Shown: positions 22,773 through 32,146 of the stretch, piece by piece
How positions within the stretch are numbered: the first letter of the stretch is position 1
Layout of the letters: each line of letters begins with the position of its first letter
NCBI GenBank assembly: GCA_964230745.1
Contig: CAXRHZ010000041.1
Span: 87,280-151,279, forward strand
Direction: 5' to 3'
Source: Maritimibacter sp.
GTDB lineage: Bacteria > Pseudomonadota > Alphaproteobacteria > Rhodobacterales > Rhodobacteraceae
Length of the DNA stretch: 64,000 bases
Notes under the pieces: generated by a model
What the model saw: the letters and a program-made list of their open reading frames with translations, nothing else
Databases searched by the model: none
Told to the model about the DNA's origin: nothing
Program-made: the position numbers and the translations under genes

Positions 22773-23786
22773 TCAGGTGTAGAGCGTTTCGTAGAGCGGC
22801 TGGAGCGTCGCGTGCTCGAACAGGGACGAGACCGAGGTGCCGCCCCAGATGTTCAGGATCGCCTGCGCGAAGATCGGGGCCATCGGCACGATCCGGATGT
22901 TGGGCGCGGCGGAGACCTCTGGCGTCGGCGAGATCGAGTCGGTGAGGACGAGGCTCTTCAGCTTGGACGCGGTCACGCGTTCCACCGCCGGGTTCGACAT
23001 GACGCCGTGGGTGATATAGGCGTGCACCTCCTCGGCCCCGCTTTCCATCAGCACGTCGGCCGCCTTGCACAGCGTGCCGGCGGTGTCGCAGATGTCGTCG
23101 ACGATGATGCAGCGCTTGCCGGTCACGTCACCGATCACGGTCATCTCGGCCACTTCGCCCGCCTTCTCGCGCCGCTTGTCCACGATGGCCAGCGGCGCCT
23201 CGATCCGCTTGGCGAGTTCGCGGGCGCGGGCCACGCCGCCCACGTCGGGCGAGATCACCATCACGTCGTCCATGCAGTCCTTGAAGTGGTGCATCACGTC
23301 GAGCGCGAAGACGGGGCTGGCATAGAGGTTGTCCACGGGCATGTCGAAGAAGCCCTGGATCTGGGTCGCGTGCAGGTCCATCGTCAGCACCCGCTCGATC
23401 CCGGCCTGCGAGATCATGTTCGCCACCAGCTTGGCCGAGATCGGCGTGCGCGCCTTGGTCCGGCGGTCCTGGCGGGCGTAGCCGAAATAGGGGATCACGG
23501 CGGTGATCCGGCCCGCCGAGGAGCGGCGAAGCGTGTCGGCGATGATGAGCAGTTCCATCAGGTTGTCGTTCGCGGGACGCGAGGTCGACTGGATGATGAA
23601 CATGTCCTCGCCGCGCACGTTCTCGTGGACTTCCACGAAGACTTCGGCGTCGTTGAACCGTTCGACGCGGGCATCGACCAGCTTGACGGGCGATCCGCGG
23701 TGGATCGACATGCGCCGGGCCACCGCCTCGGCCAATTTCAGGTTCGCATTGCCCGAGATGAGCTTGGGTTCGGTGATGGCTGGCAT
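22773..23786 (-). CDS. prs: ribose-phosphate pyrophosphokinase
   Basis: [32 protein letters not shown]. Confidence 0.98.
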   Translation of the reverse strand: MPAITEPKLISGNANLKLAEAVARRMSIHRGSPVKLVDARVERFNDAEVFVEVHENVRGEDMFIIQSTSRPANDNLMELLIIADTLRRSSAGRITAVIPYFGYARQDRRTKARTPISAKLVANMISQAGIERVLTMDLHATQIQGFFDMPVDNLYASPVFALDVMHHFKDCMDDVMVISPDVGGVARARELAKRIEAPLAIVDKRREKAGEVAEMTVIGDVTGKRCIIVDDICDTAGTLCKAADVLMESGAEEVHAYITHGVMSNPAVERVTASKLKSLVLTDSISPTPEVSAAPNIRIVPMAPIFAQAILNIWGGTSVSSLFEHATLQPLYETLYT

Positions 23787-23893
23787 GGATATTTCCCCGG
23801 CTGTCCATGTAACAGAATCGCGACTGATCGCGTTGACTTCGCTTAACACCGGGCTAGGGTCATGACCACCTGTGGTGCGGTGGGGGAGGCGGA

Positions 23894-24493
23894 ATGCCGA
23901 AGATCGAGTATTATTTCAGCACGGTTTCCCCTTACACATACCTCGCAGGACCCCGATTGCGCGCGATCGTCGAGGCGCATGGCGCCGAGGTCGTGCTCAA
24001 ACCCTTCGACATCGTGGGACTGTTTCCGCGCACGGGCGGCGTGCCCTTGCCGGAGCGCCATCCCTCACGCCAGGCCTATCGCCTTGTCGATCTGGAACGT
24101 CAGGCGAAAAAGGCCGGGATGCCGATCAACGTGCAGCCCGCGCATTTCCCGACCAACCCGGCCCCATCCTCCTACGCGATCATCGCGGCGCAGGCGGCGG
24201 GAGGTGGCGATGCCCTGACCCTCGTCGAGCGGCTGCTCGCGGCCTGCTGGGCGGGACAAGAGGACATCGCGCAGGACGATGTCATCAAACGGTGCCTTGA
24301 CGAGGCCGGTTTCGATCCGGCGCTGGCCGACACCGGGCTTTTCACTGGGGCCGAGGCTTACGGCCGCAACCTCGAAGACGCCGTCGCGGCGGGGGTGTTC
24401 GGCGCGCCGACCTGGATCGTGGACGGCGAGGCGATGTTCTGGGGGCAGGACCGGGTCGAGGATCTCGACCTGTATCTCAAGGGCGCGCTTTGA
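23894..24493 (+). CDS. 2-hydroxychromene-2-carboxylate isomerase / GST-kappa family protein (second, divergent paralog)
   Basis: [33 protein letters not shown]. Confidence 0.88.
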   Translation: MPKIEYYFSTVSPYTYLAGPRLRAIVEAHGAEVVLKPFDIVGLFPRTGGVPLPERHPSRQAYRLVDLERQAKKAGMPINVQPAHFPTNPAPSSYAIIAAQAAGGGDALTLVERLLAACWAGQEDIAQDDVIKRCLDEAGFDPALADTGLFTGAEAYGRNLEDAVAAGVFGAPTWIVDGEAMFWGQDRVEDLDLYLKGAL

Positions 24494-25311
24494 TGGAAGG
24501 CGGTCCGCCGCTTGCACGGGTCGCCGGTCATCCGATCCACGTGGTGCGAATGGGGGCCGGCGTGCGCCGGGCCCTGTTCATCCATTGCACCCTGGCCCAC
24601 AGCGGCGCGTGGACGGGTGTGAGCGCGGCGTTGCTGGACAAGCTCTCCATGACCGCTTTCGACCGGCCGGGGCATGGACGGTCGGCGCCGTGGACGGGCG
24701 GGGACGACGGCAAGGCGCTTCACGATCTGACCACCGAGATCGCGGGCCAGCTGATCGACCGGAGGGCGGACGTCGTGGGCCACAGCTATGGCGCGACCGT
24801 GGCGCTGCGGCTCGCCCTGGAATGGCCCGAGCACGTGCGCACGCTCACGATGATCGAGCCGGTGCTCTTCGCGGCGATCCGGGGCACGGCGGAGTACGAG
24901 CAGGCGCGGGACATGATCTACGGTTTGCGCGAGCACATCGAGCGGGGCGACAGGGTCGAGGCCGCGCGCATCTTTCACGACGCGACCAACCACGGAATGT
25001 CGTTCGACGACTTGCCGCCGGAGCGCCAGTCGCGCATGGCGTCGCGCATCCACCTCGTGCTCGAGGAATCCTCGGCGACCTTCGACGATACCGCCGGGCT
25101 GCTCGCCCCCGGACGGCTGGAGAAGATCCGCCAGCCCGTGATGCTGATGGAGGGAAGCAATCCGCCCGTCGGGGTGCGCGGGGTACACGAGGCGCTGGCG
25201 GCGCGGATCCCGCAGGCGCAACGGGTCGTGGTGGCAGGCGCCGGGCACATGTCGCCGATCACCCATCCCGACAACGTCGCGGGCGAGATTTCGGCCTTTC
25301 TGAAGATCTAG
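24493..25311 (+). CDS. alpha/beta fold hydrolase
   Basis: FIHCTL, DRPGHG, GHSYG nucleophile, AGHMSP; start overlaps upstream stop. Confidence 0.88.
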   Translation: MEGGPPLARVAGHPIHVVRMGAGVRRALFIHCTLAHSGAWTGVSAALLDKLSMTAFDRPGHGRSAPWTGGDDGKALHDLTTEIAGQLIDRRADVVGHSYGATVALRLALEWPEHVRTLTMIEPVLFAAIRGTAEYEQARDMIYGLREHIERGDRVEAARIFHDATNHGMSFDDLPPERQSRMASRIHLVLEESSATFDDTAGLLAPGRLEKIRQPVMLMEGSNPPVGVRGVHEALAARIPQAQRVVVAGAGHMSPITHPDNVAGEISAFLKI

Positions 25312-26354
25312 CCCAGCACGGCGAGGAATTCGTCCACTGCCGCGTCGGTCATCGACCAGTCGCAGACGAGGCGCGCGGTCAGGACCGCGTCGTCCGCCGC
25401 GCCGTCGAGCGTGCCGTCCCACAAGTGATAGACCGCGCCCGCGTCCTTGAGCTCGCGGTGCTGGCCGGCGCTGAGGCGGGGGAAGAGCATGTTGCCCGAG
25501 GGCGGATAGGCGAAGGTGACGCCCTCGACTCGGGCCAGCCCCGCCTCGAGCCGCGCGCGCGCCGAGTTGGCCTGCCGCGCGAGGGTGAGCCAGAGGTCGT
25601 CGTCGAGATAGGCGCCGAACTGGGCGGCGAGGTAGCGGTGCTTGGAGAACAGGTGCCCGCCGCGCTTGCGCCGGAGCTCGAACTCCCACGCCTTCGCCGG
25701 GTCGAAGAACACGACCGCCTCGGCGCCCATGAGACCGTTCTTGGTGCCGCCGAAGCTCACCACGTCCACGCCCGCCTTCCACGTCATCTCGGCCGGGGTG
25801 CAGTCGAGATCGACGAGGGCGTTGGCGAAGCGGGCGCCGTCGAGGTGGACCGGTACGCCGAAGTCGCGCGCCACCTCGGACAGGGCCGTGAGGTCGCCGC
25901 GCGAGTAGAGCGTGCCGCGCTCGGTGATCTGAGTGATCGAGACGGGGCCGCGCTGGGGCCCGTGGACCCCCCGGCTTTCCTCCGCCGCGATGGTGGCGCG
26001 CAGGGCCTCGGGCGTCATCCGCCCGTCCTCGGTAGGCACGAGAGTGAGCTTGGCGCCGCCGGTGTAGAACTCCGGCGCGTTGCACTCGTCCTCATGGATA
26101 TGGGCCGTGTCGGAGCAAAAGACGGTCTGGAACGGCTGGGTGTAGCTGGCGAGCGCGAGCGAGTTGGCCGCGGTGCCGGTCGCGACGAAGAGGACGGCGG
26201 CCTCGGGCGCTTCGAACACTTCGCGGATCTTCGCGACGGCGGCCTCGGTCACCGGGTCGGCGCCGTAGCTGCCGACATAGCCCTCGTTCGCGCGGGCCAG
26301 TGCGTCGAGCACGGCGGAGTGGACGGGGCCGGCGTTGTCGGAAGCGAAATGCAT
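25308..26354 (-). CDS. low-specificity L-threonine aldolase
   Basis: MHFASDN, GTAAN, AHIHEDEC, VHLDGARFANA, SFGGTKNG; true start inside the 644-aa track ORF. Confidence 0.9.
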   Translation of the reverse strand: MHFASDNAGPVHSAVLDALARANEGYVGSYGADPVTEAAVAKIREVFEAPEAAVLFVATGTAANSLALASYTQPFQTVFCSDTAHIHEDECNAPEFYTGGAKLTLVPTEDGRMTPEALRATIAAEESRGVHGPQRGPVSITQITERGTLYSRGDLTALSEVARDFGVPVHLDGARFANALVDLDCTPAEMTWKAGVDVVSFGGTKNGLMGAEAVVFFDPAKAWEFELRRKRGGHLFSKHRYLAAQFGAYLDDDLWLTLARQANSARARLEAGLARVEGVTFAYPPSGNMLFPRLSAGQHRELKDAGAVYHLWDGTLDGAADDAVLTARLVCDWSMTDAAVDEFLAVLG

Positions 26355-26806
26355 CACAGGTCCTCTTCGATCAGGTAGTCTTCCCACTCTTCCTCGGGGA
26401 TTTCGAACTCCGGCACCGTCCAGCCGCGCACCGAATTGCCGGCGGCGTGGGTACTGTCGGGGTCGCCGGTGACGAGCGGGTGCCAGTCGGGCAGGGGCTT
26501 GCCTTCGTGCCTGAGCCGGTATGCGCAGGTGGTCGGCATGAAATAGGCGATCTCGGCCATGTTCGCGGGCGTGAGCACGATGCATTCCGGGACGAACTGG
26601 AGCCGGATATCGTACTGCGCACAGCGGCAGGTCTCGTTGTCGAGCAGGCGGCAGGCGACACGGGTGAAGGCGACCTCGCCCGTGTCCTCGTCCTCGAGCT
26701 TGTTCAGGCAGCACTTGCCGCAACCGTCGCACAGCGCTTCCCACTCGGACGGGGTGAGCTGGCCGAGGGGCAGGGTCCAGAACTGTTTGCGCAGGCGAGT
26801 CGTCAT
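26354..26806 (-). CDS. YcgN/UPF0260 cysteine-cluster protein
   Basis: EWEALCDGCGKCCL, TRVACRLLD..TCRC..Y, MPTTCAYR. Confidence 0.9.
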   Translation of the reverse strand: MTTRLRKQFWTLPLGQLTPSEWEALCDGCGKCCLNKLEDEDTGEVAFTRVACRLLDNETCRCAQYDIRLQFVPECIVLTPANMAEIAYFMPTTCAYRLRHEGKPLPDWHPLVTGDPDSTHAAGNSVRGWTVPEFEIPEEEWEDYLIEEDL

Positions 26807-26976
26807 CGGGCGACCCTGTCCCAGCGGCGCTGGAATGAAAAGAGCGACGCGGGGGGCGTCGGCGGCGCAGCGCCCCGCACGGGCGATCCCGGCGATGGAA
26901 ATACAACCTGAGGTAATTCTGATATCTTGATTGCCTGTTTGAGTTGTATAGGGTGGTGCCCGAAAAGGGGCTACGC

Positions 26977-28149
26977 TTGAACGAGTACGATTTCCGAAAT
27001 GCCCGTGCCGCCGATGGCGTCAGGGCCCAGCTCGGGCTCTTGCTGAACAGGCTACGGCAGGCCTGCGGCTTCGAAGCCGTGTTCATCGCGCGGATCGCGG
27101 GCACGGAGCGGCGGATCGAAGCACTGGCGGCTGCGCCGGGGCAGGGCGCGGATCTCGCGGTCGGGCATGTCTGCGCGCTGCGCGACTGCCCGGTGGTCGC
27201 GGCGGCGGTCGCGCGCCAGCCCGCCCCCCTGCGACAGGTCATCCCGGCCCCGTTTCGCCCGGGACGCGCGCCCGACGGGGCCGCCGGCGTCGCCGTGCTC
27301 CTCTCCGACGGGGCGGTGTTCGGGGTGCTGGGCGGGATCGCGTCGGACGTGGGCGCCGACGTGGACGCGCGCCTTCGCGAGACGGCAACTCACCTCGCGG
27401 TGGCGCTCGACCTGCTGCAGGAAGACGCGGCGGTGGCACAGCGTCAGCGAGGGCTCTTGCGCGCGTTGATACGGGAGGAGCGGTTCCGGCCCGTGTTCCA
27501 GCCGGTGTGCGACCTCGTCACCGGAGACGTGATCTATCGCGAGGGGCTCACCCGGCTCGACGAGAGTGCAGGGACGAGCGTCCCGGAGGTGATCGCGGCG
27601 GCTCACGCGGTCGGGCTGGGGCCCGAAGTCGAACTGGGTTTCGCGCGCGCGATCCTTGCTGCCGACCGGGACTGGCCGGATGCGGCGGGGCTCGCGATCA
27701 ACCTGTCGGAAAGCACGCTCCACGCGCCGGACTTTGAGGCGTTTCTCGCACAGGAGGCCGAGCCGGGGCTGACCGTGGAACTGACCGAGCACGAACCGGT
27801 GCGCGACTACCCTGCGCTGGTGGAGCGGGTGGCGATGATGCGGGCGGCGGGCCTGAGCCTCGCCATCGATGATGCGGGCGCGGGATACACGTCGTTGCGA
27901 CATATCCTCGACCTAAAGCCGGACGTCTTGAAGATGGACGCGGGGCTGTCGGCGCGCGTGGACACGGATCCGGAAGCACTGGCGCTCTTTCGCGCGCTAC
28001 AGGGGTATTGCGACGAGACAGGGACGATACTCGTCATCGAGGGGATCGAGCGGGCCGAACAGCTCGCCGCTTTGCGGGCGGTCGGCGTGCGATATGTCCA
28101 AGGATTTCACGTGGGCGCGCCGGAGGAAAGGGCGCAGTCGTCCGGGTGA
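26977..28149 (+). CDS. GAF-like + EAL domain c-di-GMP phosphodiesterase
   Basis: FQPV, EGLTR (EAL variant), AINLS, VELTEHE, IDDAGAGYTSL, LKMD, IEGIE, YVQGF; start uncertain (TTG). Confidence 0.85.
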   Translation: MNEYDFRNARAADGVRAQLGLLLNRLRQACGFEAVFIARIAGTERRIEALAAAPGQGADLAVGHVCALRDCPVVAAAVARQPAPLRQVIPAPFRPGRAPDGAAGVAVLLSDGAVFGVLGGIASDVGADVDARLRETATHLAVALDLLQEDAAVAQRQRGLLRALIREERFRPVFQPVCDLVTGDVIYREGLTRLDESAGTSVPEVIAAAHAVGLGPEVELGFARAILAADRDWPDAAGLAINLSESTLHAPDFEAFLAQEAEPGLTVELTEHEPVRDYPALVERVAMMRAAGLSLAIDDAGAGYTSLRHILDLKPDVLKMDAGLSARVDTDPEALALFRALQGYCDETGTILVIEGIERAEQLAALRAVGVRYVQGFHVGAPEERAQSSG

Positions 28150-28179
28150 ACTGCCCGAAAAACAGGCACTTGGTCCGGG

Positions 28180-28857
28180 TTACATTCCGTGGCGGCCGAA
28201 CACCGTGCGGATGGTCATCGCGATGATACGAAGCTCCATCGCGAAGCCGGCGTTGCGGATGTAGTTCAGGTCGCGTGCGGTCTTGGCCCGCGTGGCATCG
28301 ACGCCCACGGCGTAGCCGAGCGTCACCTGCGCCAACCCGCTGATCCCGGGGCGCACGAGGTGGCGGTCGCGGTAGCGCGGGATTTCGCGCGAGAATTCGT
28401 GGGCATGTGCGAAGGTGTCGGGCCGGGGGCCGATGAGGCTCATCTCCCCGCGCAGGACGTTGAGCGCTTGGGGCAATTCGTCGAGCCGGGTGCGACGCAG
28501 AAGGCCGCCGAGCTTCGTGATCCTGTGCGTTTCGAGCGGGTCCTTGGCCGACCGTGTCGCGCTGGACGAATGCCGCATCGTCCTGAATTTCAAGACGTCG
28601 AAAGGCTCGCAGCCGCGACCCATCCGCTCCTGACGGAAGAACAGGGGGCCCTTGTTGAGGAAAGGATTGAGCAGCAGAAGCGCCAGGCCGACGAAGGTCG
28701 CGATGACGAGCAGGATAACCGATGCCACGATGTCGAACGCACGCTTGGCGGTCCAGAAGCCGGCGGACCCCCCGAGCTTATGGTTGGTATTGCTGACACG
28801 TCCGCCGACGCTTTCAACGTCGGAGAAGCGATATCCGATATTCGGATCGGCAGACAT
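28180..28857 (-). CDS. priming sugar transferase (WcaJ/CpsE-type catalytic domain)
   Basis: KRAFDI, FRQERMG, KFRTM, LDELPQ..NV..GEMSLIGPRP, VRPGISGLAQV. Confidence 0.92.
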   Translation of the reverse strand: MSADPNIGYRFSDVESVGGRVSNTNHKLGGSAGFWTAKRAFDIVASVILLVIATFVGLALLLLNPFLNKGPLFFRQERMGRGCEPFDVLKFRTMRHSSSATRSAKDPLETHRITKLGGLLRRTRLDELPQALNVLRGEMSLIGPRPDTFAHAHEFSREIPRYRDRHLVRPGISGLAQVTLGYAVGVDATRAKTARDLNYIRNAGFAMELRIIAMTIRTVFGRHGM

Positions 28858-29134
28858 CCTCGCCCCCAGAGTTCGATCGCCGGACCGCATCCGTTCTGAA
28901 TGTCCGGCGACCCACTTCGCCAACATACTGCAATGCGGCATCGTGTATAGGTCTTATTAACGAATAGGGGCGGACAGGCACGCTTGTGCCGACTAACCGG
29001 GGCCGTTGCCGAATAATTGGGCGCGTCGTCGCGGGCGCCTAATACCAAAGAATGCCTCGGCACAGGGATGTAACACCCGCATGAAGAATCACCGGAACCG
29101 GGGCGCGCCTGGCTGCGGCCCCGGCCGGGCCGTG

Positions 29135-29872
29135 TCAGGCGGCCCTGCTATCGTCGCGGCGGGTGCGGGCCAGTTTGTTGGTGAGGGAGACGGAAAGGAG
29201 ATGCGCGTAGATCGCGGGGAGTGTGCCGGACTCGCGCAGGCGCAGGAAATCGGCGTCGGACAGGCTGCGCAGCTTTTCCTCGTCGATCACGGCGAAGCCA
29301 TGCAGGCTCGCCGAAACCTCACCGCTGGCGTCGCGCGCCTCGATTGTGATCTGCGAGAACAGGTCGAGCTCCTTGAGAAGCCCCAGCGTTGCCTCGGTTC
29401 GTTTCGCGGAGGCCGCGTATTCGGTGACGAGCCGCACGACCCGGTCCATGAACTCGGTCTTCGTGCCGTCCTCGTCGAAGAGAGGCGTGCCCTCGTCGCC
29501 CTCGGCGAACCCGTCGTAGCCGGCATCCACGCAGACAATCGGGTCGGACCCCTCCTGCTCGCCGAGAATGAAGGGATAGCGGCGCAGGTACGCGGGCATG
29601 TAGCCGGGGCTCCAGGCGCCCGCGGTGTCGACGAAGACGTTTTCCCCGGTCCGGAGCCCGCACAGGAAGACCGGCGTGAAGCCCGTGTTGGTGGGCACGA
29701 ACACGATCGGCAGTTCGTGTGCCGCCGCCGTGAATTCGTCGAAGACCGCGGGAATGAGCTGCGCGTCGCGCGCAAAACCGAAGGGCTCGTCCAGCGCGGC
29801 GATCCGGTAGGATTGGTGGTTCACCGAGGAGAGCGCCTCGACGGACTTGTAAAACATCGGCAATTTGGTCAT
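29135..29872 (-). CDS. SapC family protein
   Basis: EF..A..ELPIVF, ENVFV...G.W...YMPAYLRRYPFIL, F..DG..T. Confidence 0.88.
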   Translation of the reverse strand: MTKLPMFYKSVEALSSVNHQSYRIAALDEPFGFARDAQLIPAVFDEFTAAAHELPIVFVPTNTGFTPVFLCGLRTGENVFVDTAGAWSPGYMPAYLRRYPFILGEQEGSDPIVCVDAGYDGFAEGDEGTPLFDEDGTKTEFMDRVVRLVTEYAASAKRTEATLGLLKELDLFSQITIEARDASGEVSASLHGFAVIDEEKLRSLSDADFLRLRESGTLPAIYAHLLSVSLTNKLARTRRDDSRAA

Positions 29873-30136
29873 CGGCCGTCCCTTTTCTGAACGGGCAAAC
29901 TGTCAGACGGAGGGCCGGGCGAGTCAATCCGGGGCCACCGTCCCGCCGCCCAGTCGGAGGGAAGCCGCGCGGAAAACCATTCGTTTCCGGCGGGCATACC
30001 GAAATCTAGGTATTGAGTGCAGGCATGGACGGCTATCGGGAGGCTCGCAACCGCGGGCAAACGACCGGATCAAGGTCAAAGGCTGGCTGCTTCGCCCGGG
30101 GGCGATGTCCCAGTCCGAGGGTGGGTGTTGGGCGAG

Positions 30137-30257
30137 GCGCACTATCGACGGGTCGGAGTTCCACGTGGTGCCCGGCTGCGGTCACTACGCCTGGGTCGAG
30201 GACCCGGAGCCCTACGACGGCGCCGTGCTCCCCTTTATGGAACGGGTCGCGGCCTGA
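30137..30257 (+). pseudogene. C-terminal fragment of an alpha/beta hydrolase
   Basis: TIDGSEFHVVPGCGHYAWVEDPEPYDGAVLPFMERVAA* (catalytic His segment); no recognizable N-terminal part upstream; left boundary approximate. Confidence 0.6.
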
Positions 30258-30304
30258 CCCGGCCGCGCCCGCCTGACACTCCCCCGATTTCAAGAGGATT
30301 CGAC

Positions 30305-31032
30305 ATGCTGGATATCAAGCGAACCGTCGTTCACACGCTGAACGAAGAGACGAACAACCCCTTCGTGACGGGCGCCTTCCGTCCGAATTTCACCGAGTAC
30401 ACGGCGGACACCGATACTCTCAAGGTGACGGGTGAAATCCCCAAGGATCTCAATGGCGTTTACGTGCGCAACACCCACAATCCGGTCCACGACTCCATCG
30501 GCCACTACCATCCCTTCGACGGTGACGCGATGCTCCACGCGCTTCACTTCGAGGACGGCAAGGCGACCTACAGCAACCGGTTCGTCGAAACCACCGGCTT
30601 CCTCGCCGAGCAGGCGGCGGGCCGGTGGCCCGGCCTCTTGAACCCCGACGAAGGCGCGCGACGCGGCTGGGGCGCGATCGGGGCGATGAAGGACAACGCC
30701 GGGACGGACGTCCACTGCCACGCCGGGATGTTGATCGCGGTCATGTCTCAGAGGTCCGAGCCCTGGCGGCTGGACCCGGTCACGATGGAGAACTTCGGCC
30801 CTGACGCGGAATGGGCGTTCAAGGTGGGACCGGCGGGCGTCACCGCGCATTACAAGGTGGATACACACACCGGGGAGATGATGTTCTTCAACTTCTCCGA
30901 GACCTACCCCTACATGAGCTACGGGGTGGTCGACCGGGACAACAAGCTCCAGCACTACGTGCCGATCGAGCTGGACGGGCCGCGCTGGCCGCACGACCTG
31001 GGCGTGACCCAAAACTACTCGATCCTCCACGC
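30305..31032 (+). pseudogene. carotenoid/stilbene cleavage dioxygenase (RPE65 family), 3'-truncated
   Basis: GEIPKDLNGVYVRN, HPFDGDAMLH, TAHYKVD, WPHDLGVTQNYSILH; after about 243 aa the frame runs on without family motifs to a stop at 31231; C-terminal His ligands absent. Confidence 0.8.
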
Positions 31033-31175
31033 TGACCAATTCACCGCCGCCGACGCTCGTCATGCACCAAGGCCGCTGCGGCGCATTCCCGAAATCCGCC
31101 GACGGCCACATCAAACGACCTGCCGCCACGGCAGCGCAACGTGGTTCTGTGAAGGAACGATGCCGCCGAATTCGT

Positions 31176-31258
31176 GCGAAACTGCAAGCCAAACTGCGTA
31201 CCGCGCGCGTTCAACCAGACATCCCGGCTGAAACGTCTACCAAGTCATTGAAAGGTAT
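31176..31258 (-). mobile_element. att-like remnant downstream of tRNA-Cys
   Basis: Direct repeats GCGAAACTGC (31176-85) and GCCAAACTGC (31188-97); IHF-like TTTCAATGACTTG on the minus strand (31241-53), next to the tRNA 3' end. Confidence 0.45.
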
Positions 31259-31332
31259 TGGAGGCGAGTACCGGAATCGAACCGGTGTACACGGATTTGC
31301 AATCCGCTGCGTCACCACTCCGCCAACTCGCC
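31259..31332 (-). tRNA. tRNA-Cys(GCA)
   Basis: GGCGAGTTGGCGGAGTGGTGACGCAGCGGATTGCAAATCCGTGTACACCGGTTCGATTCCGGTACTCGCCTCCA: 74 nt, GCA anticodon, T-loop GGTTCGATTCC, encoded CCA. Confidence 0.98.
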
Positions 31333-31463
31333 GAAGGGTGCGGGGGGAATAGCCCACGCGGGCGGGCTGTGCAAGGGGGTTCGGCGGGTGGTTGGCGTTG
31401 CGGCCCCGGGGTTTCTGTGGCAAGACCCGACGAGAGCCACGGAGCCAGACAGGACGCCTTCCC

Positions 31464-32117
31464 ATGAGCGATTTCGAGACACGCCGCCGGATGATGGTCG
31501 ACACGCAGGTTCGCCCCTCCGACGTCACCAAGTATCCCATCATCGACGCCATGCTCACCGTGCCGCGCGAGGACTTCGTGCCGGACGATCAGCGCGAGGC
31601 GGCCTACAGCGAAACGCAGATCGTGCTGGCGCCGGGGCGGGTCCTGCTCGAGGCGCGGTGTTTCGCCAAGCTGCTCGACGTGCTTTCGATCCAGCCGGAC
31701 GAGCTGGTCCTGGACCTGGGTGCGGGCTTCGGCTACGGCGCGGCGGTCATGGCCGAGCTGGGCGACTTCGTCGTCGCGCTGGAAGAGGACGAGGCGCTGG
31801 CGGGCGAGGCCGAGGCCCGGCTCGCGAACGCGGGCGTGGACAACGTGGCCGTGATCAACGAGGCACTGGCCGGCGGAGCGGCCAAGCATGGCCCCTACGA
31901 CGTGATCCTGATCGAGGGCGCGGTGGAGACGGTTCCCGACGTGATCACCGACCAACTGCGTGAAAATGGTCGCATCGCCACTATTTTTTCCGAGGACAAC
32001 CTTGGAATTGCGAAAATCGGGCACAAGATTGACGGAGCCGTGAACTGGCGCTTCGCCTTCAACGCGTCCGCCCCGGTTCTGCCGGGATTCACGGCCTCGA
32101 AAGAATTCGCGCTCTGA
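31464..32117 (+). CDS. pcm: protein-L-isoaspartate O-methyltransferase
   Basis: [43 protein letters not shown]. Confidence 0.9.
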   Translation: MSDFETRRRMMVDTQVRPSDVTKYPIIDAMLTVPREDFVPDDQREAAYSETQIVLAPGRVLLEARCFAKLLDVLSIQPDELVLDLGAGFGYGAAVMAELGDFVVALEEDEALAGEAEARLANAGVDNVAVINEALAGGAAKHGPYDVILIEGAVETVPDVITDQLRENGRIATIFSEDNLGIAKIGHKIDGAVNWRFAFNASAPVLPGFTASKEFAL

Positions 32118-32146
32118 GGCGCGACGCCACAGGGATCGGGGACATC

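Noticed and set aside
25308-27242. 644-aa threonine aldolase with a long N-terminal extension (also extended track ORFs 39102-41033, 34766-36403, 62897-63952, 20053-21057)
   Set aside because: The extensions overlap neighboring real genes; family homology starts at internal ATGs (26354, 39840, 36214, 63658, 20754).
30008-30015. AGGTATTG match to the tRNA-Cys 3' flank as a second att site
   Set aside because: Only 8 bp and it does not include the tRNA 3' core; expected by chance.
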